A stretch of 64,000 bases of DNA from Octopus sinensis. Taxonomy: Eukaryota. The stretch spans positions 83,886,001 through 83,950,000 of the forward strand of contig NC_042999.1 of NCBI RefSeq assembly GCF_006345805.1. The letters are read 5' to 3'. A program made the position numbers and the translations under genes. The notes under the pieces are model-generated. The model did not search any database and was not told the origin of the DNA. It saw only the letters and a program-made list of their open reading frames with translations. Positions 13,296-25,785 of this stretch are shown piece by piece; positions within the stretch are counted from its first letter, which is position 1, and the number at the start of each line of letters is the position of its first letter.

Positions 13296-14186
13296 ACCTT
13301 TTATATTTTTGATAAATTTTCTCACTTACACCGACATGTTCTGGTGAATGCGTAAAATAGCAGTTTAGTAACCATGTTAGAACTTAATCAGAGATAAAAT
13401 TGATTGAGTGATACATAAATACACTAAGATCGATATGTTGGTTTAAATTTTTCTCATCTCATCTCATCTTACTTGTCGACATGTATTGCTTTTATTGTAA
13501 TTACTATGACAGCCGACTTAAGTTTTGATATATTAGTTATGTGATGAACTACTACGTGAAACTAAAAATAAAACTAAAGCACTCTCTAAAATATAACAGT
13601 ATACATGTATATACGTGTATGTGAATAGTTATGCATATAAATATAATCATACATATCTATACGCACAGTATATACGTACTTTCACACACATACATACTCA
13701 CGCACACAAACACCCATACACACATATACACTCACATAAGATAGAAAGAGTAAGAATTTGCGAACATACATATGCACGAAGTATCTATCCGAGAAATATT
13801 TTAAGGAATAAATATTGAGTATTAAATAAAAATATTTCCAGTCCATTATAGAAATACTAATTTAATGCACGGAATTCCGTGTATGATGTTACCTATGCAC
13901 AATACTCGTTGTCTTCCATTATTAACGTATCTAGTATGATCATCCATATGAGAAGACGCGATACCATAAAGGCAGTATAATTTCTGATTTTGTTACATGT
14001 CACTACATAGTGGGAAGTTTTTGCGTTTTTACTTATGTCGCCTGTGTGTTTATACAGTTTGTAGTGCTTGATCTAATTCTGTGACTTTATATCATCATAC
14101 CTAGTGGAATTGGGAAATAATAATAATAATAATAATAAATATATATATATATACACACACATACATATATACATAATACACACATA

Positions 14187-14237
14187 TATAGGCAAAATTT
14201 ATATATATCTATATCTATCTATCTATATCTATCTATA

Positions 14238-14306
<69 letters not shown>

Positions 14307-14576
14307 ATAAGGGCGCTTTTTAAGTACCACCATCGCTAAAAATAGGAGTCAAAACACTCCGAAGCCGCAAATATTAACACTATACATTCAGTTTTGCAAT
14401 TTTTGCAGAGGTAAGAGGCAATCTTTATTTCGCTTACTGTTTGTTTCCAACCATGCCTGTGAATATACGGTGTTAATTTTTGTAGCTTCGGAGTGTTTTG
14501 ACCCCTATCTTTAGCAAAGCTGGTGCTTCAAAAAGTGTCCTTATTATATTTAATTCTTATATGAATTTTGCCTATA
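14187..14576. repeat. Fold-back palindrome P1
   Basis: Inner arms ~14301-14391 and ~14459-14548; outer arms TATAGGCAAAATTTATATA (14187) and TATATGAATTTTGCCTATA (14558). A microsatellite interrupts only the left arm. Confidence 0.85.
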
Positions 14577-14684
14577 CGGTTTTAGCTTGAGGCCGCTAAC
14601 ATTAATATTTCTCATGAGTATTAGTGTTCTTTTATACATTTATATATTTTTTAAAATTACACGCACACACACATAATTCAAAAC

Positions 14685-14823
14685 AGTTTGGTTCTAATTC
14701 CGTGCTACTTCAAGTTTCGCAGGCGTCTAACGGAGCCTGTCTTCTCTGGCTGGTGGAATATTCTACAAGCTAAGGAGACATGGGCCTGCGAATCTTGAAG
14801 CAGCATGGAATCTGAATCAAACT
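14685..14823. repeat. Fold-back palindrome / MITE-like element P2
   Basis: AGTTTGGTTCTAATTCCGTGCTACTTCAAGTTTCGCAGGC (14685-14724) pairs imperfectly with 14784-14823. Confidence 0.8.
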
Positions 14824-15942
14824 TTTTGGAATAATACATGTATCTCCTAATAAATGTGTTGTGTACCATTTCCTTTCGTTTGCCCTATCGTCGCTAAGTC
14901 AGAAGGAAAAACAATGTCTATAACACTTTTCAGGTCCTCAAGACTAGCAGGAGGATGACAACATGAAACAGCACGAGCCTGGATCGAACACGTTCATAGA
15001 AAGGACTCGTCTAATTTGCCCAGTAGGTTAGGTAGTGGTATTTGACTGCACGACATATAAGTTTACTACATGATACACACAATAGTGAGATTAGAATTCA
15101 AAATATATAAAACGGAATGAAATACTGCGATGCGTCATGTTTAAGGGTTTACTGATATCAATATTTCTCTGTCTTTGACCACAACTTCATTTATCGCAGA
15201 AAGAAAAGCAAGGTTGATTTTGGTGGTATTGAAACCTAGAATGCAAGAGCCAGGAATAAACATCAAAGGCGTATTTGTCCCGTTGCTCTAACGCTTTGTC
15301 AAAATTACACAAACTGATCTATATGATTATGGTCTTTTTTACGGGTCTACATACAGGAAAGCCACAGTCCATTATTAAATCTCGAAATTAGTATTAACGT
15401 ATATGTATTTTTTTTACCCTTTGCCTTCCTTTCTCTCACAAACGCTTCCCCCCTCTCTCTATGTATATATACGTATAAACACACGCACACACACAGACAC
15501 AGACACAGACACACATGCCTGTGTATGTATATGCATATATTTAGATGCATGTGTATGAATGTCTTGGTGTATGCATCGAGATAGATATCTATACACACAC
15601 ATATATACATATATACATGTTTCCAAAGGAAATGTTGATTAGTAACTATGAGGTTTCCGACTGATGTTGTCATCAACTTGAATAAATCTTCCATTAATAC
15701 TACATTGTTTTCATAATTAACTTCCCATAAAATCAAACACAACACACACACACGACTATGCATGCATATACACATACCACATACGTAAAGGTACATGTTC
15801 ATATAATAATATTAATGATAAATATTCAAATATCATGAAGATCCAAACACGAATGATTGCTGACTAAGTCATTTGAAATTTGAAACTTTTAGCTGATGAT
15901 ATTTCGATATTTTTAGATATAATATGTTCTCTTTTTTGTGAA

Positions 15943-16228
15943 GGCACGTGGCTTAGTGGCTGAGACATTTCGCTCATGATCGTAAGGTCGTGAGTTCAAT
16001 TTCCGGCGGTGCATTGCCTCTTTGAGCAAGACACTTTATTTCACATTGCTCCATACCTCAAAAATGAGTTGTATCTGTATTTCAAAGGGTCGGCCTTATC
16101 ACATTCTGTGTCACGCTGAATGTGTCTGTGGAGCGTTCAGTCACTTGCACGTTAATTTCCTGAGCAAGCTTTTCCGTTGATCGGATCAACTGGAACTCCC
16201 ATTGACGTAGCCGATCAAGTGTCAGATT
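15943..16228 (+). mobile_element. tRNA-derived SINE, head C with tail 1
   Basis: GGCACGTGGCTTAGTGG...GAGTTCAATTTCC, TTGAGCAAGACACTT core, tail ...TGTATTTCAAAGGG...CCGTTGATCGGATCAACTGGAAC. Confidence 0.8.
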
Positions 16229-16884
16229 CGGTTTGTTGCATTCAGATGTTATATTTTGTAAATATAATATGCTTCTTGTATGATATGTACTTACTATCAT
16301 GACTCACAAGCGTATATGACTTTGTAGCATGAATTCTGCATTTTCCATTTGTTTTGTGCCTACGGAATCGTGAATAGATATTGACAAACTTCCAGCTCTC
16401 TCCAACTTGAGAGTGGACCATCGAGGATGTAAAAGGGGAAGAAACATAGAACTATTACATTACAATGAACGGAAACCTTTATCTGTTACTTTACTTTACT
16501 AATATTAGTGGAGTTAGACAATTAATTGATAAGGATGTTGTATACATTTGTTAACTGCCTCTATTACGAAACAGATAATGAAACAGACGCTTCAAAAAGT
16601 AATACGTGACTGGGATGTACATTGTAATTCTACAGAAGTGATTAAAAATAAGGAAGTAAAACATGCGAAGAACGATTAATTGTAATCGCAATCAAGAGAT
16701 TATAAAATAGTATTAAAACAATTATTATATATTTATTAAAATGCAAAGAATAAACTTTTAAAAAGAGAAAATTCATCATCGCTGACAATCAAAAGTTTTT
16801 GCAATTCTTGCGGTTTCAGTTTTTAGTTTCATAAAATGTCAACCTACCTAATTACATACATTCATACATTCCAATAGGGCACAT

Positions 16885-16949
<65 letters not shown>

Positions 16950-17001
16950 CGTTTTTGAATTTGGTTTGCAAGATTCTTTATATGAGTTTGTGTGTTGAAG
17001 C

Positions 17002-17310
17002 ATATTCTATTGTGTCTGGGGAGAGTCATTTTCTTTTTGAGCCTTATTATGTAACACACTCACCGGTAAAGTTAGCACGGTTTTCTTATTTTTTATTGTC
17101 CTAAAATTTTCGTTGCGTCTTGCAACTTTTTCAATAGTTTTGACTCTTGTCCGTTATTTACACTCGAGTCAAAACTATTGAAAAGGTTGCAAGACGCAAC
17201 GAAAATTTTAGCACAATAAAAAATAAGAAAAACGTAGAAACTTTACCGGTGAGTGTGTTACATAATAAGGCACAAAAAGAAAATGACTCTCCCCAGACAC
17301 AATAGTATAT
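17002..17310. repeat. Fold-back palindrome P3 with a hammerhead-like motif in each arm
   Basis: Arms 17002-17146 and 17166-17310 with few mismatches. A single arm of the same family occurs at 31843-31967. Confidence 0.92.
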
Positions 17311-17329
17311 ATACATACATACATATATA

Positions 17330-17850
17330 TATATGAATGCATAAACGAATGAAAATAAAATCAGTCAAGTCGTATCGCGAATTATTGAATCTTTTAACGA
17401 TTATAGTTTTTCCATGTTAAGTGTGTCTTGGGATTGTCTATATTAAATAGAATATGGCGTATGAAAGCCGGAACCGAATATCGGCTAAGTCCACCATGAA
17501 GATCATCGTACCAATTTTTTTCGGGAAAGAGCAGCAAACGGTAGGCAAGATTTTTAGGCGTGAAAGTAGTCAAATTTCTCTTTGACTAAACTCTCATTTA
17601 CTGCTTTAAATGCAATTTGAAGGGTAAAGCTAGTGTAGTGTGAGATTCCAACTTCGAGTAAATTAACCGAAACTTAGATGAAAGTGACGAGCGTGACCCC
17701 AATGAATATCACTACTCTTAGCTTCTACATGTCTGCTTGGTGACATAGATGTCTAAAGGGTATCTTTAAGCAAGAAACGCAATCCAGTATCTATACAATT
17801 ACATAAAATACCGTCAATCGCCATAACCAGGAACGACCCATCTCTAATTC
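17330..17850 (-). mobile_element. Decayed Penelope-like RT remnant
   Basis: Minus-strand echoes of MGS..GA and VNFLDV (VNLLEV) motifs; adjacent to P3. Confidence 0.3.
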
Positions 17851-17888
17851 GAACATTTTATTTTATTTTCCTTTAAAACTATCGTTTC

Positions 17889-17935
<47 letters not shown>

Positions 17936-18340
17936 TGTTTTCTCAAATATGATTCTGTGAAACAATCCATGTTGTTTTTGTAAATAAACCTAACTTTTTC
18001 TCAACAGTCACATACTAATAGTCGATATAAACGACTATAAACGTTAAAAAAAAATTGCGTCTATAAAAACTCTATTATTACTACTAATGTTTCTATTTAT
18101 CTCCACTTATTTATTGTAGAATGGTGACTGTAACGTTTCAAAAACAAGTCATCATTAATCCTTTATTCAAAGATAGAATTACCTAGTGGACATTGATTGA
18201 TAACTAATTAATCCATTCCATGACACTACTTAATGTTTATTTGTACAGTTTTCAGATTTCACCTGCCTTCGTGTTGTATATATTTCTCTCCAATAAAGTA
18301 TACTCGATCTGTACATGTGTGTATACATTCATATATGTTG

Positions 18341-18408
<68 letters not shown>

Positions 18409-19711
18409 GTGTGTAATATTATTTTATATTATGTTATATATTATATTTTATATTGTGAAGGTAATGAACAAAAGATAACGGTAAAATGGCTGCACAGGAA
18501 GGATAATTTTTAGAAAATATATTTAGTTTAGCGCTTGAAATGTGGGGGAAAGAGTTTCTATGTTTTGGAGGCTAGTTCTCCATCTGAAGTAATATATAGA
18601 AATGAAAATATGGGAATGTGAAAGAGGAGCAGTGATTGCGGTGATAGAGTGAGAGAGAAAACAGTAGTCGAGAGGTTGGTGGACAGATAGGAATAGGTTT
18701 TTTAGGAGGAATTAGGAAGGGAAATTTGTACGCATCTGTGCGTAAATATACGAGTGAATATGTATTTTGCTGTGGTTATCAAAGGGAGTTTTGTTGAGTA
18801 TGGTGTTTTGGCGTCTTTGTGTACCGAAGTGTGCATTTTCGGAAGTATAGTGGCGTAGATTATGGGGTATGGGGTGTTAGTGTGTATGTAAAACCGCTTA
18901 AATATTTGTGGAGAAATGGAGTGAGAGATGAAAGAAAACGCGAGAAGAATGTGGAGTTGATAGAAATTTATGTAAGGATACAGACAGGAGATATAGTAAT
19001 GTGGAAGAAAGTTTGAACTATAGTGGTCAAGAAAATTAAGTGTGAGGGGGGAAATCTGCGAGTCATTCGGAGGGGCAAGAGGTTGGTGAGTGAACATAAA
19101 ACGTATAAAGGAAAGGGAGAAGAGGTGGAGGAAAATGAAGGGAAGTTGGGGCGGAAAGAGAAAAGTAAAATAAGACAAAATGAACAAGCCTGTTCCGGTC
19201 TGAAAGGAAATGAAAGAAAATCGATAGGAAAATTGGGGAAAATTTGGAGAAAAAATTATTACAATAAAATCGCTAATAAAAATATATAAATATATAAATA
19301 AATATATGAATAAATAAAAATTCAATAATAGTGAAAGTTCTAAGGAAGTACACAGCTGATACAAATTTCTAGGAGACAGAAATGTCTAAGGTGAGGCTGA
19401 TAAATAAAAATTAGACAGCAACTAAGCAAGTGATGTAGTTTTAAGAAATATATAATGACAGGGAGGCAAAAGAGAGTGTCTTGAGAATGCAGAGATGTCG
19501 AAACTCGACTCTGCATATCTATATATATATATGCATTTTTATGTTCTAGATTTTTAAACATCTCTCTGCTTATGTATTTGTTTATAAACCTGAGCATCTG
19601 TGTGTTTGCGCGTGCGCATGCGTGTGTGTACAGTTTAGTATATAATGATGCTAATGGACATCATCAGTATCATGTAACTGTACGCATACACACACACACA
19701 CAGATATAACT

Positions 19712-20065
19712 CGATTCCATCGGTCACGAATGACCATGGGTGCACCTAAGAGGTTCCCCTCCGGGGTGCAAGTCTGGGCAGAAAGTCGCTTCACCGGTGA
19801 ACGCCCAACCTAGGTTTGTTTTCTATGGAAGACCAGCAGTTGCCCATACATACCAGCCTCTCCTTCCACGCCCCGATGTTACCCAAGAGAAAGGCAAAGG
19901 CCGATACAGCTTGGCACCAGTAACGTCACAACTCATTTCTACAGCTGAGTGAACTGGGGCAACGTGAAATAAAATGTCTTGCTCAAGAGCACAGCATGCG
20001 GCCCGGAATCGAACTCATAACCACACGATCGTAAGCACCACGCTCTAACCACTGAGCCATGCGCT
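19712..20065 (-). mobile_element. tRNA-derived SINE, head C with tail 3
   Basis: Reverse complement aligns by eye with the 50863-51205 copy. Confidence 0.85.
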
Positions 20066-20421
20066 TTCACATATATACATACACACACACAGCACACACA
20101 CACATACACACACAGCACACATACATACACACATACATATATACACACATACATACATACGCACACACACACACACACACACACATACATACATACATAC
20201 ATACATACATACATTATATGGAAGGGTTGCAGGTCAAGTAGCTGTCATAAGCATCGTGTTATATAGATGGAACATGAGATCTATCATCCCGATAGTCTAG
20301 CTTGAAAATTACTAACAGCTATATATGTACGTTTGTTTACTGATCACTCTCTTTCTCTCTCTTCCTGTCTCTTTCTTTTTCCGTGTATGTGCCTGCATGT
20401 ATGTATATATAAATATGTATG

Positions 20422-20479
<58 letters not shown>

Positions 20480-21131
20480 TTGTGTGTATATATATATATG
20501 TATATATGTGTGTGCATGTATGTATACATCTATCTATATATATATATGTGTGTGTGTGTGTGTATACATATATGTGTGTGTGTATGCATGTATACATTCT
20601 CAGGATTTAGCTTTTCGGCTGTTGCTGAGATTGGAAAATAATCACAAGAAGTGCTAACCTATATTGAGGTTGTCATGTAGGTCATTTGTTGAGTATGATG
20701 TCTAGTTTTCTTTTCCAAACAACTGCTTAAACCGTGAAACAAAACTGTATTGTTCAGAAGAATAAGAAAACAACAATAGGATACAAAAATAAAGAACGTA
20801 TTTATTCCTCGAATTACGAATGTCTGTTACTGATAATGGATGTTTTCATATAGTATTATAAGTGACACTTGCTTTGACTTGATTGTAATAGGAATGTAAT
20901 GACCAACGCCCTTTCTTTCACAAGTCTGTATATATATGTATATATATGTGTGCGTGCGCGGATATGTGTGTGTATGTGTGTATGTTCGAATGAAGATATC
21001 CATGCTTGGATGGATATTGGATGGAACGATAATTGGTTGATGGATAAATGGCTGGATAAGTATATATAGAGTAAAGTTCTGCACAGCACCAATTTTACAA
21101 TGAAATTTGCTCTATTCTTAGTTTCGAATTT

Positions 21132-22487
21132 AATTTTTTTTCCATTTCCTTGTTAATTTCTCTGTGTCAGTATGTTCGGATGGTTGAGTCTGGGTTTGTA
21201 CTTTTCAATGAAGAATGTTTCCTTGTTCAGTCTCATTTGTGTTGATGATCCGAAAGCACATTGGTAAAATGGGAAGATTAAAAATTGTGGCAGTAGTTGC
21301 TTTGCGCATTTCTCAATGTGCTCACTAAAAGGTATCATTCTATATTCTGGGAATGCAATCTGTTGTCGATGCAGTGTGCATCTGCGCCTGAGTGATAGTC
21401 CGTGGAACCCACGTAGTCTTGGTGGCAGCCCGAGCATTTAATAACATAAATTATGTTTTCAGAGGCACAAGTAAAGTTAGATTGATCTTAAATTTCTGTC
21501 CTCTTTAAAGAGGATTCTGATCCTTCCAATAGGTTAGGACATGTTGCACAGTTCGATCTACCACATTTTTTTACTTTTGCATCCGTAATTTTAGAAGACA
21601 ATTTTGCCTTTGTAAGAATCTTTTTAAGTGATTTAGGCTGTTTGTAGCTTTTAATGATTTGGTGTATGTTTAGAATTCCTTTAATTTTGGGTTTTTATGA
21701 AGTATTGGTAAATTCGGTGATGATGGTGAAGGCTTTTTGTTTCGGGGTTGTATGTAGATATGTAAGGTAGTATTTTCGGGGAAGGTTGTTGTTGTGTTGA
21801 ACTTTTCTTAAAGTTTCTATGTTGATTTCTGTTGCACGTCTGATCCCATCCTCTATGAGTTGAGCTGGGTAATGTCTGTCAATTAGGGTGTTTTTGAGTT
21901 CTTGCAGTCTAAAGTTCCTGGTATTTTGTTTGACACTATTGTGCATATCCTTCTTGCAGGTTGAAGGGATGTTTGTTTTAGTGTGTCTTGGGTGGCATGA
22001 ATTAAAAAGAAGGTATTGTTTGGCGTCTGTGGCTTTGTAAAAAATGTCTGTTTCTATTTTAAGGTTATTTTTTTAATTAGTATATCCAAGAACGGGAGCT
22101 CCTTTGGTTGTATTCCATTGTGACTGTATATTTGGGTTTATGCTGTTCAATAGGTTTTTAAATTTTAGGAGTTTATCTATGTTTTCATTCCAGAGAATGA
22201 AACAATCGTCTAGGATCGTTTCCAATTCTCTTTTATGTATTGAAGAGGGAGTTTCAAAGATTGATAGAGATTCCTGGTAAATGATTATTTCCATGTATCC
22301 ATTGTTAAGTTCGCAATGACTGGTGCTGCCCTTGTACCAATAGCAATTCGGATTTTTGACGGTAAAATGTATTGTCAAACATGAAGTGGTTATTGTCTGT
22401 AGGATGAATTCAATTGATTTAGTAATGAATTCTTTACTGATCCTTTTTGGTATTTCTTCCGGAAATTGGTCTAACCAGAATTGTATT
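21132..22487 (-). mobile_element. Penelope-like element (Neptune-type): RT C-terminal part, Cys-rich linker and GIY-YIG endonuclease; frameshifted
   Basis: LDDCFILW and PFLDI-like RT motifs, TDIFYKATDAKQYL.FNSCHP, linker KCGRSNCATCPNL, then NIIYVIKCSGCHQDYVGSTGLSLRRRCTLH. Confidence 0.9.
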
Positions 22488-23300
22488 GCCACCAAGACTA
22501 CGTGGGTTCCACGGGACTATCACTCAGGCGCAGATGCACACTGCATCGACAACAGATTGCATTCCCAGAATATAGAATGATACCTTTTAGTGAGCACATT
22601 GAGAAATGCGCAAAGCAACTACTGCCACAATTTTTAATCTTCCCATTTTACCAATGTGCTTTCGGATCATCAACACAAATGAGACTGAACAAGGAAACAT
22701 TCTTCATTGAAAAGTACAAACCCAGACTCAACCATCCGAACATACTGACACAGAGAAATTAACAAGGAAATGGAAAAAAAATTTTTTAAGCGATTATCTC
22801 CCCTACCCGGAAAAAATCACTCACTACCTCCCCTTATTTAGAAATCTCCTGGAAATAAAAACAACGATAATTCCATGCAATATAAACATAACGTCACAAG
22901 AAATTTGAAAAGCTACACGCGAAACCGGTAATTTCTTTAAAAATTTTAAAATTATGTCATTTTAAGGAAAGGAAAAAAATTTTTCCAATATTCTCCAGAC
23001 ATTTTGACACAAATATATATATTTTTTAACATTTAAGCCTTCTGTCGTTTTTTCACACTTTACTATTTTCTTATATATGTATGTATATATACTTTTTTAT
23101 CCGAGGAGAGGCAATGCGAGCAACAACCACAGGAACATCAGAAAATCCACAGAATGACCAAACACATACAAATCTTCATATACTCATTTATATCTATAAA
23201 GCCCGACATTTAAAAATTAAAAAATTTAGTAATATATAAATATATCATATAAAAATATAAATTTTGCATATAACACTTCGAATTTACGCTTAAAACATTT
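22487..23300 (+). mobile_element. Inverted duplicate of the same PLE's GIY-YIG C-terminus plus a longer 3' UTR
   Basis: 22487-22783 is the near-perfect reverse complement of 21132-21427 (ORFs 22481+ and 21153- share identical C-terminal peptide). The right boundary is approximate. Confidence 0.85.
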
Positions 23301-23479
23301 AGTATAAATTTGTTACAATACGATAAATAAATATAATAATAATAAATAAAAATAAAGCATACAAGGCATATTAAAAGGCGAATTAAAATTCTAGCGAAAT
23401 GTACATAGAAGATAATAATTATACAAGTTTACAAAAATATAAGTTTAGAAAGATACACAGAAGTCCATCACAAAGGTAC

Positions 23480-24450
23480 ACAGAAGTCCATCTACGGGCC
23501 GTTTCGGAGACGCGCCAATTAATATTAGACATATCATATACTTAAAATTGGCACTCCCTCACCAGGATGTCCTATACATACAACACATAGTAAACGTAAA
23601 TAAATACACAATCACATACCGGCCATATTCAGAACCGAGACATTAGGTAATCCCAGAAATTTTTCTCCGATCCTGAATGCTACTTTATACGCGTATAATT
23701 CGACCCAGCAGCCATAGTAAATGGTATGCACGCAGCGCCATCTGGACCATTTCCCTTCTGTACTTATTTTATTTCATTTTATTTTATTTCAATCTTTTAA
23801 ATTCCCACATACATGCAAAGCCACATACCCGAGTTCAAGTCCTTGACACATTTTATACTAATAGATATTTTTTCTTTTAATAATGTTTTCTTTTAATAAT
23901 TACATTACCTTAGTTTTATTTCATTTACTACTTACTATGCTTACTGAATTTAATTCAATTGTTATTGTTTAGCTCTAACCTTTTATTGCTATTTCTATTT
24001 CTAAATTTCTTATGGAACGTCGAGCGGATCCTATGCGTACACGCTGGTATTGCATCAGTGAACTTATTTAACACTGCGTTGTTGTAATTTTTCAATATAG
24101 TATATGCTTCCCTTATGTATAAACCACATCTAGTGGACCCAATTCTATAAGGGGAGGCATGCGCAAGGATAGCCCATGATATTTTAAATTCAACATTCCT
24201 TTCCTTAAGGTCATTAACATGTAATGCCAAAGTTGTAGAGGTCCCATATTTAGGATTGTTGAAAGAGCTCAGGTGGGATTGGTACCTCTGCTTAAAGTCT
24301 ACTGTGCTTCCAATATATATTTTTCTCTGGCCTCCTTGAACCTCAGCACTACATTTATAAACTACATTTTCCTGATGACAATTTCCGCTAATCGGACACA
24401 CTGATGTGTCCCTACAATTACATTCTTTCAACCTGCTACGGGGTCCCGTA
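23480..24450 (-). mobile_element. 5'-truncated Penelope-like element (Naiad-type) with an open GIY-YIG domain
   Basis: ORF 23955-24431: CNCRDTSVCPISGNCHQENVVYKC...KIYIGSTVDFKQRYQSHLSSF...TTLA.HV..LK...ISWAIL..A.PY. Downstream UTR ends in the hammerhead-like motif. Confidence 0.88.
23489..23569 (-). ncRNA. Type-I hammerhead ribozyme-like motif at the 3' end of a PLE (core CUGGUGA)
   Basis: Minus strand: CATC CTGGTGA GG GAGTGCCAATT..AATTGGCGCGTCT CC GAAAC GGCCC GTA GATG. Stems I, II and III can form; A6 is replaced by G. Confidence 0.7.
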
Positions 24451-24469
24451 TTACTGATATATATATATA

Positions 24470-24510
<41 letters not shown>

Positions 24511-24539
24511 GTATGTATATGCTTGTGTGTGTATATGTG

Positions 24540-24715
24540 TTTGTGTCTGTGTTTATCCTCCCAACTTCGCTTGACAACTGCTGCTGGTGTGTTTACGTCG
24601 CCGTAACTTAGCGGTTCGGCAAAAATGTACCGATAGAATAAGTACTGCGCTTACAAAGAATAAGTATTGGGGGTGATTTGCTCGACTAAAGGCAGTGCTC
24701 CAGCGATATTGGCTT
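24540..24715 (+). mobile_element. SINE family A, 3' half
   Basis: CGCTTGACAAC...GGTGTGTTTACGTC...AACTTAGCGGTTCGGCAAAA...GCTCGACTAAAGGC, shared with the 34206 copy. Confidence 0.8.
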
Positions 24716-24779
24716 GTATTAGATAAGGTTAGACTATTTATTACTGTTACTAAATGTTCTACAGCCACCTTCACTTTCC

Positions 24780-24999
24780 ATAACTACCATTGGGATCGAT
24801 CAGGTACCGGACAAGGATTCTGGATTATTTTCCAGTTTTTCACTTAATTTTTGAGAGCGGTCGGGTTCATTTTTAGTATTCTCGTTTGTGAGAGCAGTCG
24901 AGTTTATTTCAGATATTCTCATTTTGAAAAATACCTCTGGCTAATCGTTGAGAGGATGTTGGTGTTACCTTGGCGGAGGTTTGCGCTGTCTGAGTGCAA
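24780..24999 (+). mobile_element. 3' portion of a non-autonomous Helentron-like (HINE) element
   Basis: Ends CCTTGGCGGAGGT followed by the hairpin GCGCTGTCTGAGTGC, the subterminal IR plus stem-loop arrangement typical of HINE 3' ends. The 5' subTIR was not found. Confidence 0.5.
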
Positions 25000-25606
25000 T
25001 TGTTTAATACTGTTCCTGTTAAATCATCACCTATGTTACATCACAAAAAATGTAAAGATTATCATAATTTTCATTGTAACGTGGCTCATTCCTTTTCAGT
25101 GATTAACTTCCTCATGTGTTTGACATGATGAAGTAAATGGCATTTAGACTAATTTTTGATATTTAGACTAATTTTTGTTATCATGTATCCTTTCAATGAC
25201 GTGGTTCTAACATACGGATCCTCAACAACAGCATCTACTACTACTACTACTACTACTATCATTATTGTTATTATTATTATTATTATTATTATCATTATCT
25301 TACTCATAATTAATGTTATCATACTATCTAACTAGATAACAATTAACAAGCTGGCGTTTGTTGGTTGTTGTGTAGATTCCGAGGTAAATAGTTTGTGCAC
25401 TATCGCTAAAATGGTCATCGTAATTTAATAGCATAACAAACAAAAAAATGCGGTCGCAGTGTTTGTGACAAATAATTTCGGTTCCTAGCCAGCGTTTTTG
25501 AGTTCGACCCAGAAGCGCTAATACTTGATATCTTTGACATGTAGATACATATTGACCAATGTTATCTTGAACGTGAAGAGAAACTGATCATAGGTCCACT
25601 CCCGGA

Positions 25607-25646
<40 letters not shown>

Positions 25647-25785
25647 GTCTGTATGTATGTATGTATGTATGTATGTGTGTGTGTGTGTTTACACTCACAT
25701 ATATGCATGTGTATATATGTATCTCTATATATATATGTGTGTATGTGTGTGTGTGCGCGCACGCGCGCACGTGTGTGTGTATATA

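Noticed and set aside
18702-19364. 220-aa F/L/I/S-rich minus-strand ORF (also 9091-9612)
   Set aside because: Composition reflects the antisense of a purine-rich strand; no domain motif.
23570-23955. SECIS element in the Naiad-type PLE 3' UTR
   Set aside because: No convincing AUGA/AA/GA stem seen, and no in-frame UGA in the remaining ORF.
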